Positions 47,266-57,263 of a DNA stretch of 64,000 nucleotides are shown one piece after another. The first letter of the stretch is position 1, and each line of letters opens with the position of its first letter. Source of the stretch: Verrucomicrobiota bacterium (lineage in GTDB: Bacteria; Verrucomicrobiota; Verrucomicrobiia; Limisphaerales; Palsa-1400); contig JBEKYR010000031.1 in assembly GCA_049510745.1 (NCBI GenBank), forward strand, positions 23,689-87,688, in the 5' to 3' direction. The notes under the pieces were generated by a model. It made no database searches and was not told the origin of the DNA. It was given only the letters and a program-made list of their open reading frames with translations. Position numbers and translations under genes: made by a program.

Positions 47266-49578
47266 TTACTGCGCGTTCTTTGGGACAACGTCAGGCGATT
47301 GGAGGCGGGGGAACCAGCGATCGGCGTTTTTGGCCAGGCTGATCGCCAGCAGGAGAAGGACCACCACCAGCACGCAGCCCAAGACCGCCTGAAAAATAAT
47401 ATCCCGCTTGTTTTCGCGATGGTGCCGCCGGTGGCGTTTTCTTCGTTTATAGCGGATCGGCCCGCCCGCCGCCACCGAAGCGCCCGTCGCGGCCGCAGCC
47501 GGGGCGGCGGCCGCCTTTGAACCTTCATTGGCCGGCTGGCGAACCACTGGCGGCGCAGGTTTTGGGGCCGGTTCGGGCGACGACTCCACACGCATGACGG
47601 GCGTGGTTGCGCCGGAAGCCTCCCAGGAAACCGGAAGTTTTCCAAACTCACTTCTCTGGTGCGGGCGCTCGTGTCCGGCCGGCACGAGCACCGACCACGT
47701 TGACTGCGCCCGAATTGCCCGCACCGATTCCCGATGCTCGTCGATTCGCTCCGGCGGCACGGCGTCGGCCAGTATCGAAAGCGTCGATTTCACCGTCCAA
47801 CATCCGGCCAGGGTTTTGCGCTGCCGGGTGTATTGCAGCCAGGGGTTCTCAATCGTCCGTTCCTGCACAATGGCGGAAGGCAGGTCCACGCAATGGACTT
47901 CGAAGATATGCGCCACATGGCACGGGTAGGGCAAAGCGAAGGGCGTCCGCCGCGCGCCGGGTTCGGGCAGTTTGAGGACGCCGGCCGCAAAATCGTCCGC
48001 CACTTCCAGCTTGTACCAGCCCGGCTTGGCGTCGGGCGTGAGGAAGTCTCTGATGGCAAAGGTTTCCGCCAGAAAAAACTCGTTCGCGGCGCGGTCGTCA
48101 CGATACTCCATCGGGCCTGTTCGTTGCGCGTCGATAAACCGGTCCATGCATAATTGCAGTCGCCGCCGCGCGATGGCTTCGGCCCCCTGAGTGTCAAATT
48201 CCCGGCGCATTTCCTCGGCCTGGCTGCCCCGCGCCGTCACCACCACGGCCAGGAGCGACACCGCCCCCGCGGTGTCCACCAGGATTGATTCTTCGATCTG
48301 GCAGGCGCTGGCGGAAACGGAAGCAAGCGGCGCTTCCGCCAGACGGGAGGAAGAGCGGGCAACGGGCAACCCCGCGCCGTAATCGGGTATGACCCGGTTG
48401 AGCGAGCCGCCCCCCTGTCCCTTGGCTGTGGCATCGACCCAGCGCGTCTCGCCGCGCGCCTCGTATTCGACGAGGACATGATTGAACAAGCCTGGCATCG
48501 GCAGCAAGCCGGCGAGGGACTTGCGAAACTTCGTGTGGACCAGCACCGGGCGCGCGGCGACCCCAAGCCGGTTGAGCAGGCACGTGAGAAAAAAACCCAG
48601 GTCCACCCCGCTCCCAAACCGCCGGCGGGCCACTATTCCCGGCGCCGTCGGCGTCTGGCCGGCCAGGTCTTCCTCCACCGCCAGGTGGCGGTATTCGTCC
48701 TGCACCAGATGGATGGCTTTTTCGATTTGTTGCAGAACGCCGCCCGGCTCCGCGCTGATTTCTTTGGCGACGGCCTCGATCCCGGCGTCGGCGTCATTTG
48801 CTTTCCAGGCTTCGGCGAACGCGGCGGCCACCGTTTCCCAGTCGGCGCAGTCGGAAACCTGGATCCAAGGATACGCCATGTACCATTCCGGCGTGTTCCC
48901 TTCGGAGCGAAGGACGGGTGGATTCTCCCGCTCCCAAACCCAAGTGGTTTCGCCGTTTGCTTTTCTCTCAACCGGCTGCAAGTCCGGGGACGAGGACTTC
49001 CAACGCATGGGGCGTCCGTCCTGAAACCGCACGGAAAAATGGAACTTCCCCAGAGGCGCGTCTGCCGGGACGGCGAAAAAGCACCCGCACTGCTCCGGGA
49101 GAAGGAGCGGAAATTCCTCGATCGTCTGGCACCATTCCAAAATGTCGCCCGGCCGCACGTCCTCGAGCAGCATCCCCAGCGTGAGGCGGCCGGATGAGAC
49201 CAAACTGTCGGTCTCCCGTTGCGCCGGCCGCAGTTTATCCACCGTCGTGTGATTGAATTCCGATCCGTGCCGATGGATTTTGATCCAATGCAGCGTGAGG
49301 CGCTGCGTCTGCGGCAGGATTTCCAGGCGCCAGTGGGAATAGCGCTCGACCGCCTGGATGGTTTCCAGGCGCAGGGCGACATGGAGGTGCGTCTGGCGCT
49401 TTTCGGCGTGCAGTTGCTGGCTCGACAGCAGGTAAGTGACGTGGGCGGCCTGTTTGGGCTTGAAATCCAGAGGAAATGCGCCGGGCACAACCCAATCGGG
49501 CACAGGTCCGACCTGGAGGCGCTCATGGGCAGCGCCCGGAACATTCCCCTGCTGCGGAGCCGTACTGTCGGAAAGCAT
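47266..49578 (-). CDS. DUF3857 / transglutaminase-like protein with C-terminal TM; catalytic Cys absent
   Basis: PVPDWV, DVRPGDILE, VQDEYR, RRFGSGVD (usually RRFGDCKD), FNHV and WVDAT; basic patch plus TM helix at the C-terminus. Confidence 0.82.
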   Translation of the reverse strand: MLSDSTAPQQGNVPGAAHERLQVGPVPDWVVPGAFPLDFKPKQAAHVTYLLSSQQLHAEKRQTHLHVALRLETIQAVERYSHWRLEILPQTQRLTLHWIKIHRHGSEFNHTTVDKLRPAQRETDSLVSSGRLTLGMLLEDVRPGDILEWCQTIEEFPLLLPEQCGCFFAVPADAPLGKFHFSVRFQDGRPMRWKSSSPDLQPVERKANGETTWVWERENPPVLRSEGNTPEWYMAYPWIQVSDCADWETVAAAFAEAWKANDADAGIEAVAKEISAEPGGVLQQIEKAIHLVQDEYRHLAVEEDLAGQTPTAPGIVARRRFGSGVDLGFFLTCLLNRLGVAARPVLVHTKFRKSLAGLLPMPGLFNHVLVEYEARGETRWVDATAKGQGGGSLNRVIPDYGAGLPVARSSSRLAEAPLASVSASACQIEESILVDTAGAVSLLAVVVTARGSQAEEMRREFDTQGAEAIARRRLQLCMDRFIDAQRTGPMEYRDDRAANEFFLAETFAIRDFLTPDAKPGWYKLEVADDFAAGVLKLPEPGARRTPFALPYPCHVAHIFEVHCVDLPSAIVQERTIENPWLQYTRQRKTLAGCWTVKSTLSILADAVPPERIDEHRESVRAIRAQSTWSVLVPAGHERPHQRSEFGKLPVSWEASGATTPVMRVESSPEPAPKPAPPVVRQPANEGSKAAAAPAAAATGASVAAGGPIRYKRRKRHRRHHRENKRDIIFQAVLGCVLVVVLLLLAISLAKNADRWFPRLQSPDVVPKNAQ

Positions 49579-49621
49579 CCCAACTTGAATACCGCCAAAG
49601 AGTTGGAATTACAAACCAAAA

Positions 49622-50935
49622 CTAATAGATCAACACCATCGCAACGGCGCCCGCGACCGTTTTGACGACATTTTCCGGCTTGCCAGCCTGGGGCAGGTTT
49701 GGTTCGGCCCCTTTGATCTGTTGCAGCAGGCGCAGGGCGTGCCGGGATTTGACGGCGTAATTGACGTTCTGCGGCATGACTCCCGAAGTCTGCAAAACCG
49801 CGAAATCGTTCAATCGCGCCACCACGATGCCCACGACTTGTCCGTTCACGTCGCAGAGCGGGCCGCCGGAATTGCCGGGCTGGACCGGGACGCTGATCTG
49901 ATATTCGGCGGGGTCGTCCTGCATTCCGGCCAGGCTGCTGATCTTGCCATCGGTGTACTTTGGCTCGACGCCCTGCATTTCGATGTTCGGAAAACCGATC
50001 GTAAAAACCTCCTGCCCCAAATCCGCCGACTCCGCCCGCGAAATGGACAGCGGCTGGAAATTGTCGCCCTCCACTTTCAGCGCCGCCAGGTCGTTCTCTT
50101 TGTCCACCTCGATGACTTTGGCCTTGAACACTTGCGAGCGGTACTTGACCTCGATCCGTCCGGCCTCCCGGACCACGTGATGGTTGGTCAGCAAGTAGCC
50201 GTCCTTGGTCACAAAAAACCCCGTGCCGATCCCCCGCAATCGGTCGTGGTTTGGCAGCGACGCGATGGAATGGTCCGGCGGTTTGGGGGCGTCGGGCAGC
50301 GCGAACACAGCCAGGCCCTCTTTCAACATCGCCGGCGGAATCTCGTTCCGTTGGCAAACGTGGCCGGCGTCGTAAGCGTGAAGGGTCCGTTCGTAATTTA
50401 ACCGGTCGATGTAGCTGAAGGTCCCGGACAGTCTGGCCATGACCGTGATCGTGTCGTGATCGCTGAAGCCGGGCGGCAGGTTGCGCAGAAAAACGACCGC
50501 CGGATTGGGCTGATTGGGCGAAAGCTCCAGCAACGCGCCGTCCCGGACGACCTGCAAAATCCTCGCGCCGAAGAACTTCATCCAGCTTGCCTGCGGTTTG
50601 CGCAAGTCGTAGATGACTCCCTCGACCTGCCTGAAATACCCGGTGCTGATCGCCTGGGCCAGGGCTTGCTCCGCTTGCCGCTCGGCCGCCGCCCTGGACT
50701 CGGCGAGTTGCGCCGCCGTGATGCCCCACGAATCCAGGAAGGCCTTCGGCAGCTTGTCGCCGCTCACCGTCGTGCCGCCGCTGGGGTAGAGAATCGCCAC
50801 CCGCCCGCCGCCGGCCACGTGGACGTCCTGGATTTGCGCGTAGGAAACGCCGTCCAGAGTGACGGCGGTGATTCTGTCCGCTGCCAGGGCCGGCAGGACA
50901 AAGAGCGCGCAGAGAAGCCCTGCCAGCAGTTTCAT
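49622..50935 (-). CDS. Secreted trypsin-like (S1C) serine protease
   Basis: Signal peptide; GTGFFV, LTNHHVV, DLAALK and QPGNSGGPL. Confidence 0.92.
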   Translation of the reverse strand: MKLLAGLLCALFVLPALAADRITAVTLDGVSYAQIQDVHVAGGGRVAILYPSGGTTVSGDKLPKAFLDSWGITAAQLAESRAAAERQAEQALAQAISTGYFRQVEGVIYDLRKPQASWMKFFGARILQVVRDGALLELSPNQPNPAVVFLRNLPPGFSDHDTITVMARLSGTFSYIDRLNYERTLHAYDAGHVCQRNEIPPAMLKEGLAVFALPDAPKPPDHSIASLPNHDRLRGIGTGFFVTKDGYLLTNHHVVREAGRIEVKYRSQVFKAKVIEVDKENDLAALKVEGDNFQPLSISRAESADLGQEVFTIGFPNIEMQGVEPKYTDGKISSLAGMQDDPAEYQISVPVQPGNSGGPLCDVNGQVVGIVVARLNDFAVLQTSGVMPQNVNYAVKSRHALRLLQQIKGAEPNLPQAGKPENVVKTVAGAVAMVLIY

Positions 50936-51020
50936 GCCGTCACTATCCCACGAAACCGCCGGTTTTTCAACCCGGCGAATCCAACCCAGGTGTTGCCTAA
51001 GACGGGCGCGAACCATTCAG

Positions 51021-51157
51021 GGGAGGACACGCGCCCACGCGTGTCGTGGCCGGCGCCCTCGCCGGCCACATCTTTGAACCTTATACACTTCCCATGGAAT
51101 TTGGGGATGCCATCGGCGAGGGCGCCGATGGCGACACGCGGGGGCGCGTGTGCTCCC
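51021..51157. repeat. REP/REPIN-like nested palindromic element
   Basis: Two inverted arms of about 48 bp (gggagsacacgcgcccmcgcgtgtcg...ggcgccctcgcc), each with two internal hairpins. Confidence 0.85.
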
Positions 51158-51241
51158 GATCCGCAGCCGTCCTTTCGTTACGCGAGGATCAGGGTCCAAT
51201 CAGTGAATGCGTTGCGATTCCTCCTCTCCGCGTCTTCGCGT

Positions 51242-53680
51242 TCATTCTTCAGACGGTTCCAGAGGAGGGGCGTTCAGCGCCGGCTGGCCGGAGGCGTTGC
51301 GCAAGGCCCAGCTTTGCGCGGACAGGTCCAGCGTCAATGCGCCGTTGTCCCGGCCATACACCACGGGCACGCGGCGCCGCGCGAGCCGGGCTCGCAGGCT
51401 GGCCGGGGCGCGGCGGGTGGCGGGGAATTGCGCGTCCATAATGACGATGAGGCGGGGCTGCAGCAGATCCAGCAACGGCTCGCACAGCGGCTCGTCCCGC
51501 GCCGGCAAACCGGCCACGACCAGTTCGGCCCGCAGGTCCGGATGCCGCCGCATCAGGGCGTCCTGGCCGTCCCGGCCCAGCGCGGGCAGCAGCAGGACCG
51601 AATGGCCATGAAACTCGCGGCGCAAGACCAGCGCGTTGTCATCGGCCTGGGGCAACCGCTCCGCCGCGGCGGGGTGCAACACGCTCCAGCCGGCAATGTT
51701 ATCGCCCTCCCGCGCGGTCCGCCAGCACCCGGTTTGGCGCAGGGTGTCGAGCAATTCGCGATACGCCGCCGAACGCTCCGGCGCCGCGCCGGTGAAAATT
51801 TTTCGCGGCAAAAAATTTGTCAAAATGACTTTCGCCCCGTCGAAATGCGGCCGCAGGCCGACCCCGAGGCAGAAAGCGTCCAGATGATTGACTCCGTGCG
51901 CGCAGAGCAACGGTTTGACGATTCTCGCGGCTTGTTCGGTGTCTCCGCAGTCCAGCAGCAGACTTCCAGCCCGTCCCGGCGCATCCACAAACACGGCGGG
52001 CGCGCCCCGCAGGGGCAGTATGGAAATGCGGACGGTTTGGCGTTCGACCGTCCAATGAACCAGGCAGGCGACTCCGGCCGCCAGCAGGGCGGCGCACGCC
52101 GTCCATTTGTGCCGCGAGCGGAAAATCCAGCCGCTGAAACCCAGAAAGAGCGCCACATAATAGAGACCACAAACGGTCCAGGACGGAGAAGCGACATTGA
52201 AATTGCCGCCCCACCACTGCGCGGCCCAACCGCTGAACCAAATGATGAACTTCATCAGCGCCCACGTGGCGTTGTTGAACAGAACGGCCAGGCTCGGAAG
52301 CCACCCGCCAACCAGCAGACTTCCCATGCCGCTCGCCAGCGCCAGCGCCGTCACCGGCACGACCACGCAGTTGGCCGGGACGCTGACAGGCGTAAACAAG
52401 TGGAAATAATAGGCGGCCAGCGGAATCGATCCAACCCAAGCCGCGACCGAAAGCGCGAAGACATCGATGCCATAGACCGCCCCTTTTTGGAGCAGCGGCG
52501 GCAGGCGCGGCTGTAGTGTGTCGGGGAGGAAGGGGTCGCCTTTGAACAACCAGGCGTGAATTGCCCGCTGCGTCAGCGGCAGGATCAAGGTGATGCAGAT
52601 GACGACGAGGAAGGAAAGCTGAAAGCCGGGTTGAAAGAGTTGGTTGGGGTCCCACAAGAGGATGACAAAGGCCGCCGCGCAGAGGGAATTGAGCACGTTG
52701 CCCGGCCGGCGGCAGGCCCAGCCCAGGATGAGGACGCTGGCCATGATCGCGGCGCGAATCGCCGACGCCGGCCAGCCCGTCAGTCCCACGTAGAACCAGA
52801 GCGCCGGGACAACCACCAGCCCGCAAATCGCGCGGGGGATTCGCACCAGGCGCAACAAGCCAAGGCCAATTCCCGCCAGCAGCCCGATGCGCAGGCCGTC
52901 CACCGCGAATATATGGTACGTGCCCGCGCGCATGAACGGCTCTTCCACGGCGTCAGTCAGCGGCGCCTTCCAATCCAACAGCAATGTCCGCGTCAACCGC
53001 AGCGGCTGGTCCTCGGTTGGGAAACCCAACTCCAGAGTGGCCGTGGCCCACCGGCGAAACCGTTCCGAAAGCGGCCTCGTCCTGGCCGCGCCTTCAGCCA
53101 CCTTCCAGTCGTTCGTGCCGATGGTTTGCAATTGGTAGAACACGCCCTGGCGTCCGTAATAAGCGCGCGCGTCGAACAGGCCGTCGGCCAGAGGACCGCG
53201 CGGCGGGCGGAGGACGCCCCGGACTTCGACGCGCTGGCCTTCGAAGAAGTCGGAGGAGAGCGTGCCTGTGGTGGTGGCGATGACCTTGCCGGACGCCGGT
53301 TGCCACGCGTCGCGGCGAGCGATCTCGGTGACTTCGATCAGCGCGGACGAATGCCACAATTCCCGCCGGTCCAGCTCGAAAACCCGCTGTGCGAGCGGCG
53401 CTCGGATGGTGCCCCGCAGACCCGCTTCACTCACATCGCCGCCCTGCGCCACGCGCAAATCGCGGGGCGCGAGGATCGCGTTCCGCCGGGAGGCGTCGGT
53501 CCATCCTGTCAAGACGACGAGCAGGGCCAGCAGCCAAAGGCGGCCCCGTTCCCGCGCCAGCGCCGCGACCGCCAGGGCAAAGGAGGCCGCGAACAAAGCG
53601 AACAATGGGGGATGGAGCCATTCGCCGGCCAAAATGCCGCCGATGAAAAGCAAGGCCACAGGAAGCAGCGGCTGCTTCAT
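51242..53680 (-). CDS. comEC: ComEC/Rec2 DNA uptake channel with degenerate metallo-beta-lactamase domain
   Basis: OB-like region (GLFDARAYY), competence domain (PASAIRAAIM, PGFQLSF, YFHLF) and C-terminal MBL-like region (LLDCG, DDNALVL). Confidence 0.9.
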   Translation of the reverse strand: MKQPLLPVALLFIGGILAGEWLHPPLFALFAASFALAVAALARERGRLWLLALLVVLTGWTDASRRNAILAPRDLRVAQGGDVSEAGLRGTIRAPLAQRVFELDRRELWHSSALIEVTEIARRDAWQPASGKVIATTTGTLSSDFFEGQRVEVRGVLRPPRGPLADGLFDARAYYGRQGVFYQLQTIGTNDWKVAEGAARTRPLSERFRRWATATLELGFPTEDQPLRLTRTLLLDWKAPLTDAVEEPFMRAGTYHIFAVDGLRIGLLAGIGLGLLRLVRIPRAICGLVVVPALWFYVGLTGWPASAIRAAIMASVLILGWACRRPGNVLNSLCAAAFVILLWDPNQLFQPGFQLSFLVVICITLILPLTQRAIHAWLFKGDPFLPDTLQPRLPPLLQKGAVYGIDVFALSVAAWVGSIPLAAYYFHLFTPVSVPANCVVVPVTALALASGMGSLLVGGWLPSLAVLFNNATWALMKFIIWFSGWAAQWWGGNFNVASPSWTVCGLYYVALFLGFSGWIFRSRHKWTACAALLAAGVACLVHWTVERQTVRISILPLRGAPAVFVDAPGRAGSLLLDCGDTEQAARIVKPLLCAHGVNHLDAFCLGVGLRPHFDGAKVILTNFLPRKIFTGAAPERSAAYRELLDTLRQTGCWRTAREGDNIAGWSVLHPAAAERLPQADDNALVLRREFHGHSVLLLPALGRDGQDALMRRHPDLRAELVVAGLPARDEPLCEPLLDLLQPRLIVIMDAQFPATRRAPASLRARLARRRVPVVYGRDNGALTLDLSAQSWALRNASGQPALNAPPLEPSEE

Positions 53681-53684
53681 AAAC

Positions 53685-54134
53685 TCATTTTGCCTTGAGC
53701 AAGCGGCGGGCGGTCCAGGTCATGAGCAAGCCGGCGCCCGCGCCGCAGGTGTCCAGCAGCACATCCAGGACGGCGGGCTGGCGGGTGGGCACAAACATCT
53801 GGTGAAATTCGTCCGTCGAGGCATAGAGCGCCGAGAACAAAAGCGCGAGCCAAAACTGGCGGAGCGGACTGAAGGAGCGGAAGGCGGCGTCATAACGAGT
53901 CGCCCGCCACGCCAGAAAGCCCAGAGCCGCATATTCGACAAAGTGAGCGGTTTTCCTGATGATAAAATGCCATCGTTCAATCGTTTCCTCCGGCATGTGG
54001 GGATTCAACCAGAGCAAGAACGGCCGGACAAAGCGCGAGGTGTTGTGGGGCGCCCCGAGCGAAGTGGAGGCGCTGAAAATCAAAGCCATCCAGAGCACCA
54101 ACGGAAGCCAGTATTTGCAAATTCGGCCAAGCAC
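53685..54134 (-). CDS. VanZ family membrane protein
   Basis: WMALIFSAS, IRKTAHFVEYAALG, YASTDEFHQMFVPTR and DVLLDT. Confidence 0.92.
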   Translation of the reverse strand: MLGRICKYWLPLVLWMALIFSASTSLGAPHNTSRFVRPFLLWLNPHMPEETIERWHFIIRKTAHFVEYAALGFLAWRATRYDAAFRSFSPLRQFWLALLFSALYASTDEFHQMFVPTRQPAVLDVLLDTCGAGAGLLMTWTARRLLKAK

Positions 54135-54275
54135 GGCTGCAAAAAACAACGGCGCGCCCGCAAAAGCAACCCCGAATCCTGGACTTCATCCCCTCTCCGG
54201 CATGGCTCCGCCTTGCGGAGGGTTCATAGCGGCTTTGCGCCATGGAGGCGACTCCGGCGTGAAGAGGCGTTGCCC

Positions 54276-54473
54276 CTATTCGTTTATTCCCCAGTGCCGC
54301 CATCCCAAGGCGGAGAAAACTGTCGCGGAACTGGCTGGTTGAGGAATCTGCGGCGGCCCCCACGCAACCGCTTGGAGTTGCCGCGGCTTCGTCTCTTCGG
54401 CCCTGGCGGCTTTCCCACCGATCAACTCGGCAGAAAAAACGAGCGCTGTTTTGAGGACCTTCTCTTGCTTCAT
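54276..54473 (-). CDS. Small ORF (65 aa) ending GWRHWGINE, possible leader/regulatory peptide
   Basis: Lies immediately downstream of LysR-type boxes and a plausible -35/-10; no recognisable domain. Confidence 0.45.
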   Translation of the reverse strand: MKQEKVLKTALVFSAELIGGKAARAEETKPRQLQAVAWGPPQIPQPASSATVFSALGWRHWGINE

Positions 54474-54488
54474 AGGCTTGCGCATTCA

Positions 54489-54566
54489 ACTATGAGGCCT
54501 TGGGTCAAAGCTTCCCAATACTTTGTTCGTATGCGCGTGATAGCTTAAATCTATGAGAAGCGCATA
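54489..54566 (-). promoter_or_regulatory. LysR-type binding sites and promoter
   Basis: ATAG-N7-CTAT (54540-54554) and TATG-N7-CATA (54552-54566), both T-N11-A palindromes; minus strand TTGGGA-N18-CATAGT. Confidence 0.6.
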
Positions 54567-54618
54567 AAGCCGTCAGCGGGGCGGCTGCATTCGGGAAAAC
54601 CCATTTCAGCAATGGGTC

Positions 54619-55512
54619 TCAGTCCGTCTGTGCGGTGAGCCTTTTTATGATCTCGATATAATGCTGCAATGCCCGTGAATCATTATCCCGGTTCCACGCA
54701 ATGTAGTAGTCGGTCCTCATCGGCGGGGTCAGTGGCCGGATGGCCACTCCGGGATGGGGCAGCGTTTTGATGTCCTCGCGCGCCAGCGTGACGCCCAAAC
54801 CTTCGGCGACGAAGGTCATCAGCGCGGGTTCCAACTCGGCGTCTTGCAGGATTCTCGGGGTGAAGCCGGCCCGCTGGCAGGTTTGGCAGAGCCACTCGCG
54901 AAAACCCGGATGCGTCTTTTCGGACATGCCCATAAAAAACATCGTTTTCAACTCGCCGAGATTGACCCGGCGTTTCCTGGCCAGCCGATGTTTTACCGGC
55001 AGGACGACGACCGTTCGGTGCCGGGCAATGCTTTCCCATTGCAGACCTTTGGCGGATGCCGGCGGACCCAGCCCCACAAAGCCCAGGTCGATCTTGCGCG
55101 CTTCCAGGGCGCGAAACTGTTCCGCCGGAGGCAGGTCGAAGAGGTTGAGCGCAAGGTGGGGGAAGGCCTGGCGGAAGGCCCCGAGCGTTTTGGGGAGCAG
55201 CTCGAAGTTAAAATTGGACGAATACGCGATGTTCAACTGGCCGGTTTCGCCCCGGCTCAGACGCTGCACCGACACGACGCTTTCCGCGGCCAGCGCCAGG
55301 ACGCGTCTGGCATCAACCAGGAAAGACCGCCCTTCCTCGGTCAAGGCCACCTGGCTCTTGGAACGGTCCAGGAGACGCACCCCGATCTCCTCCTCCAGGT
55401 TATGGATCTGGCGCGTGAGCGAGGGTTGCGCCAAATGCAGCTTGGCGGCGGCCTTGGTGAAATTCAAATCTTCCGCCACCGCCACGAAATACCGCAAGTG
55501 ACGCAGTTCCAT
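54619..55512 (-). CDS. LysR family transcriptional regulator (BenM/CatM/AlsR-like)
   Basis: MELRHLRYFVAVAEDLNFTKAAAKLHLAQPSLTRQI and FVAEGLGV. Confidence 0.96.
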   Translation of the reverse strand: MELRHLRYFVAVAEDLNFTKAAAKLHLAQPSLTRQIHNLEEEIGVRLLDRSKSQVALTEEGRSFLVDARRVLALAAESVVSVQRLSRGETGQLNIAYSSNFNFELLPKTLGAFRQAFPHLALNLFDLPPAEQFRALEARKIDLGFVGLGPPASAKGLQWESIARHRTVVVLPVKHRLARKRRVNLGELKTMFFMGMSEKTHPGFREWLCQTCQRAGFTPRILQDAELEPALMTFVAEGLGVTLAREDIKTLPHPGVAIRPLTPPMRTDYYIAWNRDNDSRALQHYIEIIKRLTAQTD

Positions 55513-55565
55513 GTCGTGGCCGGCAGTTTAGCAAGTTCAATCCAAATTAGCAACCCGGCAATTTG

Positions 55566-55597
55566 GGCCCATCGAAATCCAGGCCCATCGAAATCCA
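55566..55597. repeat. Perfect 16-bp tandem duplication in a divergent promoter region
   Basis: ggcccatcgaaatcca occurs twice. Confidence 0.85.
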
Positions 55598-55639
55598 TTG
55601 CCAAGCGGCGGGATTTCTGGCAGACAGAGCCGCTCTTTT

Positions 55640-57256
55640 ATGCGAACAAGCAGAACGATTGTCATGGGCCTCTTTCTCTGCGGCCTCGCCTGCGCCTTCG
55701 GCCCCCTGGCGCCGGCGGCGGACGGCAGCGACGAGACGGTGGCGGTCCGGTACCATTTTGCCGGGGCCGCACACCTGGCGGCTAACACCAACTTCGCCCT
55801 GGCCAAACGGCTTCTGAGCCTTCCCTCCAGCGTCGAGTTCCGGAACCTCGTGCTGGACAGGCTGGCCGGGGTTTTCTGGCGCGATTTGCAATTTGAAAAG
55901 GCGGGCGATCCCGTGGCCGGCCTGCGTCCGCTGCTGGACGATCTCCTCACCGTGGAGTCGGTCGCCAGTTTCGGCGGCGCGAGCAAAGACCGCATGAGTT
56001 TTGTCCTGGCCGCGCATCTGGACAAGGCGCGGACGCAAGCGTGGCAACAAAGCCTGGGCGCGGCGCTGGGGGGCAAAGGGGAACCGTTTGCCGCGGAGGG
56101 TTTTTCCGGGACACGCTGGAACCGGCCCGGGAAAAATGTTTTTTGGATGCTGCCGGCGCGCGATTGGATCGTGGCCGGCCAGGGGGACGATTTGCAGGCT
56201 GTTCGCACTGATTACCTGCAACAAATCCAGAAGAACGGACGGCCCTGGCCGGCGTTGAAAGAAACCTGGCTCCAGGCGGACGTGAACTGGCCGCGCCTGG
56301 CCGCCTGGGTTCCGCTGGAGTCGTGTCCCTTCAAACTGGCGCGGACGACCCTCGATGTGACGTCCGGCCATGGAAGATTCCATTTGACAGGCTTCATTAC
56401 CTACCCCGGGCCGGTGCTGTGGGAGGCCGCGCCATGGCGGTTTCCCAAGGACATGGTGCATGAGCCGCTGGTGAGCTTCACCGCCGGGCGCGACGTGGCG
56501 CCGTTTCTGAAGCCGGATGCGACCCTGCCGCGGTTGTGCGCCAAGGCGTTTGGCGACCAATTCTGTTGCTGGGCGCAGGGCGAGATGCCCTTTCAAAGTT
56601 ACGCGGCCTGGCCGGTGGCCAACGGCCGCGAGGCGATGAACAAACTCGCCGGGGAATCGCTGCCGGAACTCAATTCCGTGCTGACGCAACCGGGCGAAGC
56701 GAAGTTGACGTGGCAGGCCAATCGTTCGGAAATCGTCTGGGCGAAGTCTTCCATCATGGCGCCCGCCCTCTCGCCGACGCATGAAAAGACCGGAGATTAC
56801 TTGCTGGCGGGATTATTTCCGCTGTCGGAGAGAAACGCGCCCCCGCCGGCCAGTTTGTGGAGACAGTTCGAGAGGCGGGACGATTTGGTCTATTACGATT
56901 GGGAGTTTACAGGCCCGCGCCTGCAACAATGGCGGCTGCTGTGCGAATTGCTGCCCGTCCTGCCGCCGGTTGCCGACGCGTCCGCGTCCGCCGCCGCCGC
57001 CGGGGGCCGGAAGGCGCCGCTGGTGATCGTGGATGGCTGGCTGGCCGGGCTGACCCCCTTCCTGGACAACACGGTGACGGAAATCACCCGGACTTCCCCG
57101 GGCGAATTGAGCGTGGCGCGGACGACGCCGTTTGTCTTGACCAGTTACGAGTTGCTGTGGCTCTCGCACTGGCTGACCGAGACGCCGTCGGGGCCTGTCA
57201 ATTACAATTTGCTGCCCCGGGCGAAAATGTCGGGGCCGGGCCTCCCTTCGCGCTAG
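55640..57256 (+). CDS. Hypothetical secreted protein
   Basis: Long ORF with signal peptide ending APAA, LVYYDWE motif; 7 nt before pdxJ. Confidence 0.8.
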   Translation: MRTSRTIVMGLFLCGLACAFGPLAPAADGSDETVAVRYHFAGAAHLAANTNFALAKRLLSLPSSVEFRNLVLDRLAGVFWRDLQFEKAGDPVAGLRPLLDDLLTVESVASFGGASKDRMSFVLAAHLDKARTQAWQQSLGAALGGKGEPFAAEGFSGTRWNRPGKNVFWMLPARDWIVAGQGDDLQAVRTDYLQQIQKNGRPWPALKETWLQADVNWPRLAAWVPLESCPFKLARTTLDVTSGHGRFHLTGFITYPGPVLWEAAPWRFPKDMVHEPLVSFTAGRDVAPFLKPDATLPRLCAKAFGDQFCCWAQGEMPFQSYAAWPVANGREAMNKLAGESLPELNSVLTQPGEAKLTWQANRSEIVWAKSSIMAPALSPTHEKTGDYLLAGLFPLSERNAPPPASLWRQFERRDDLVYYDWEFTGPRLQQWRLLCELLPVLPPVADASASAAAAGGRKAPLVIVDGWLAGLTPFLDNTVTEITRTSPGELSVARTTPFVLTSYELLWLSHWLTETPSGPVNYNLLPRAKMSGPGLPSR

Positions 57257-57263
57257 CGTTCTC

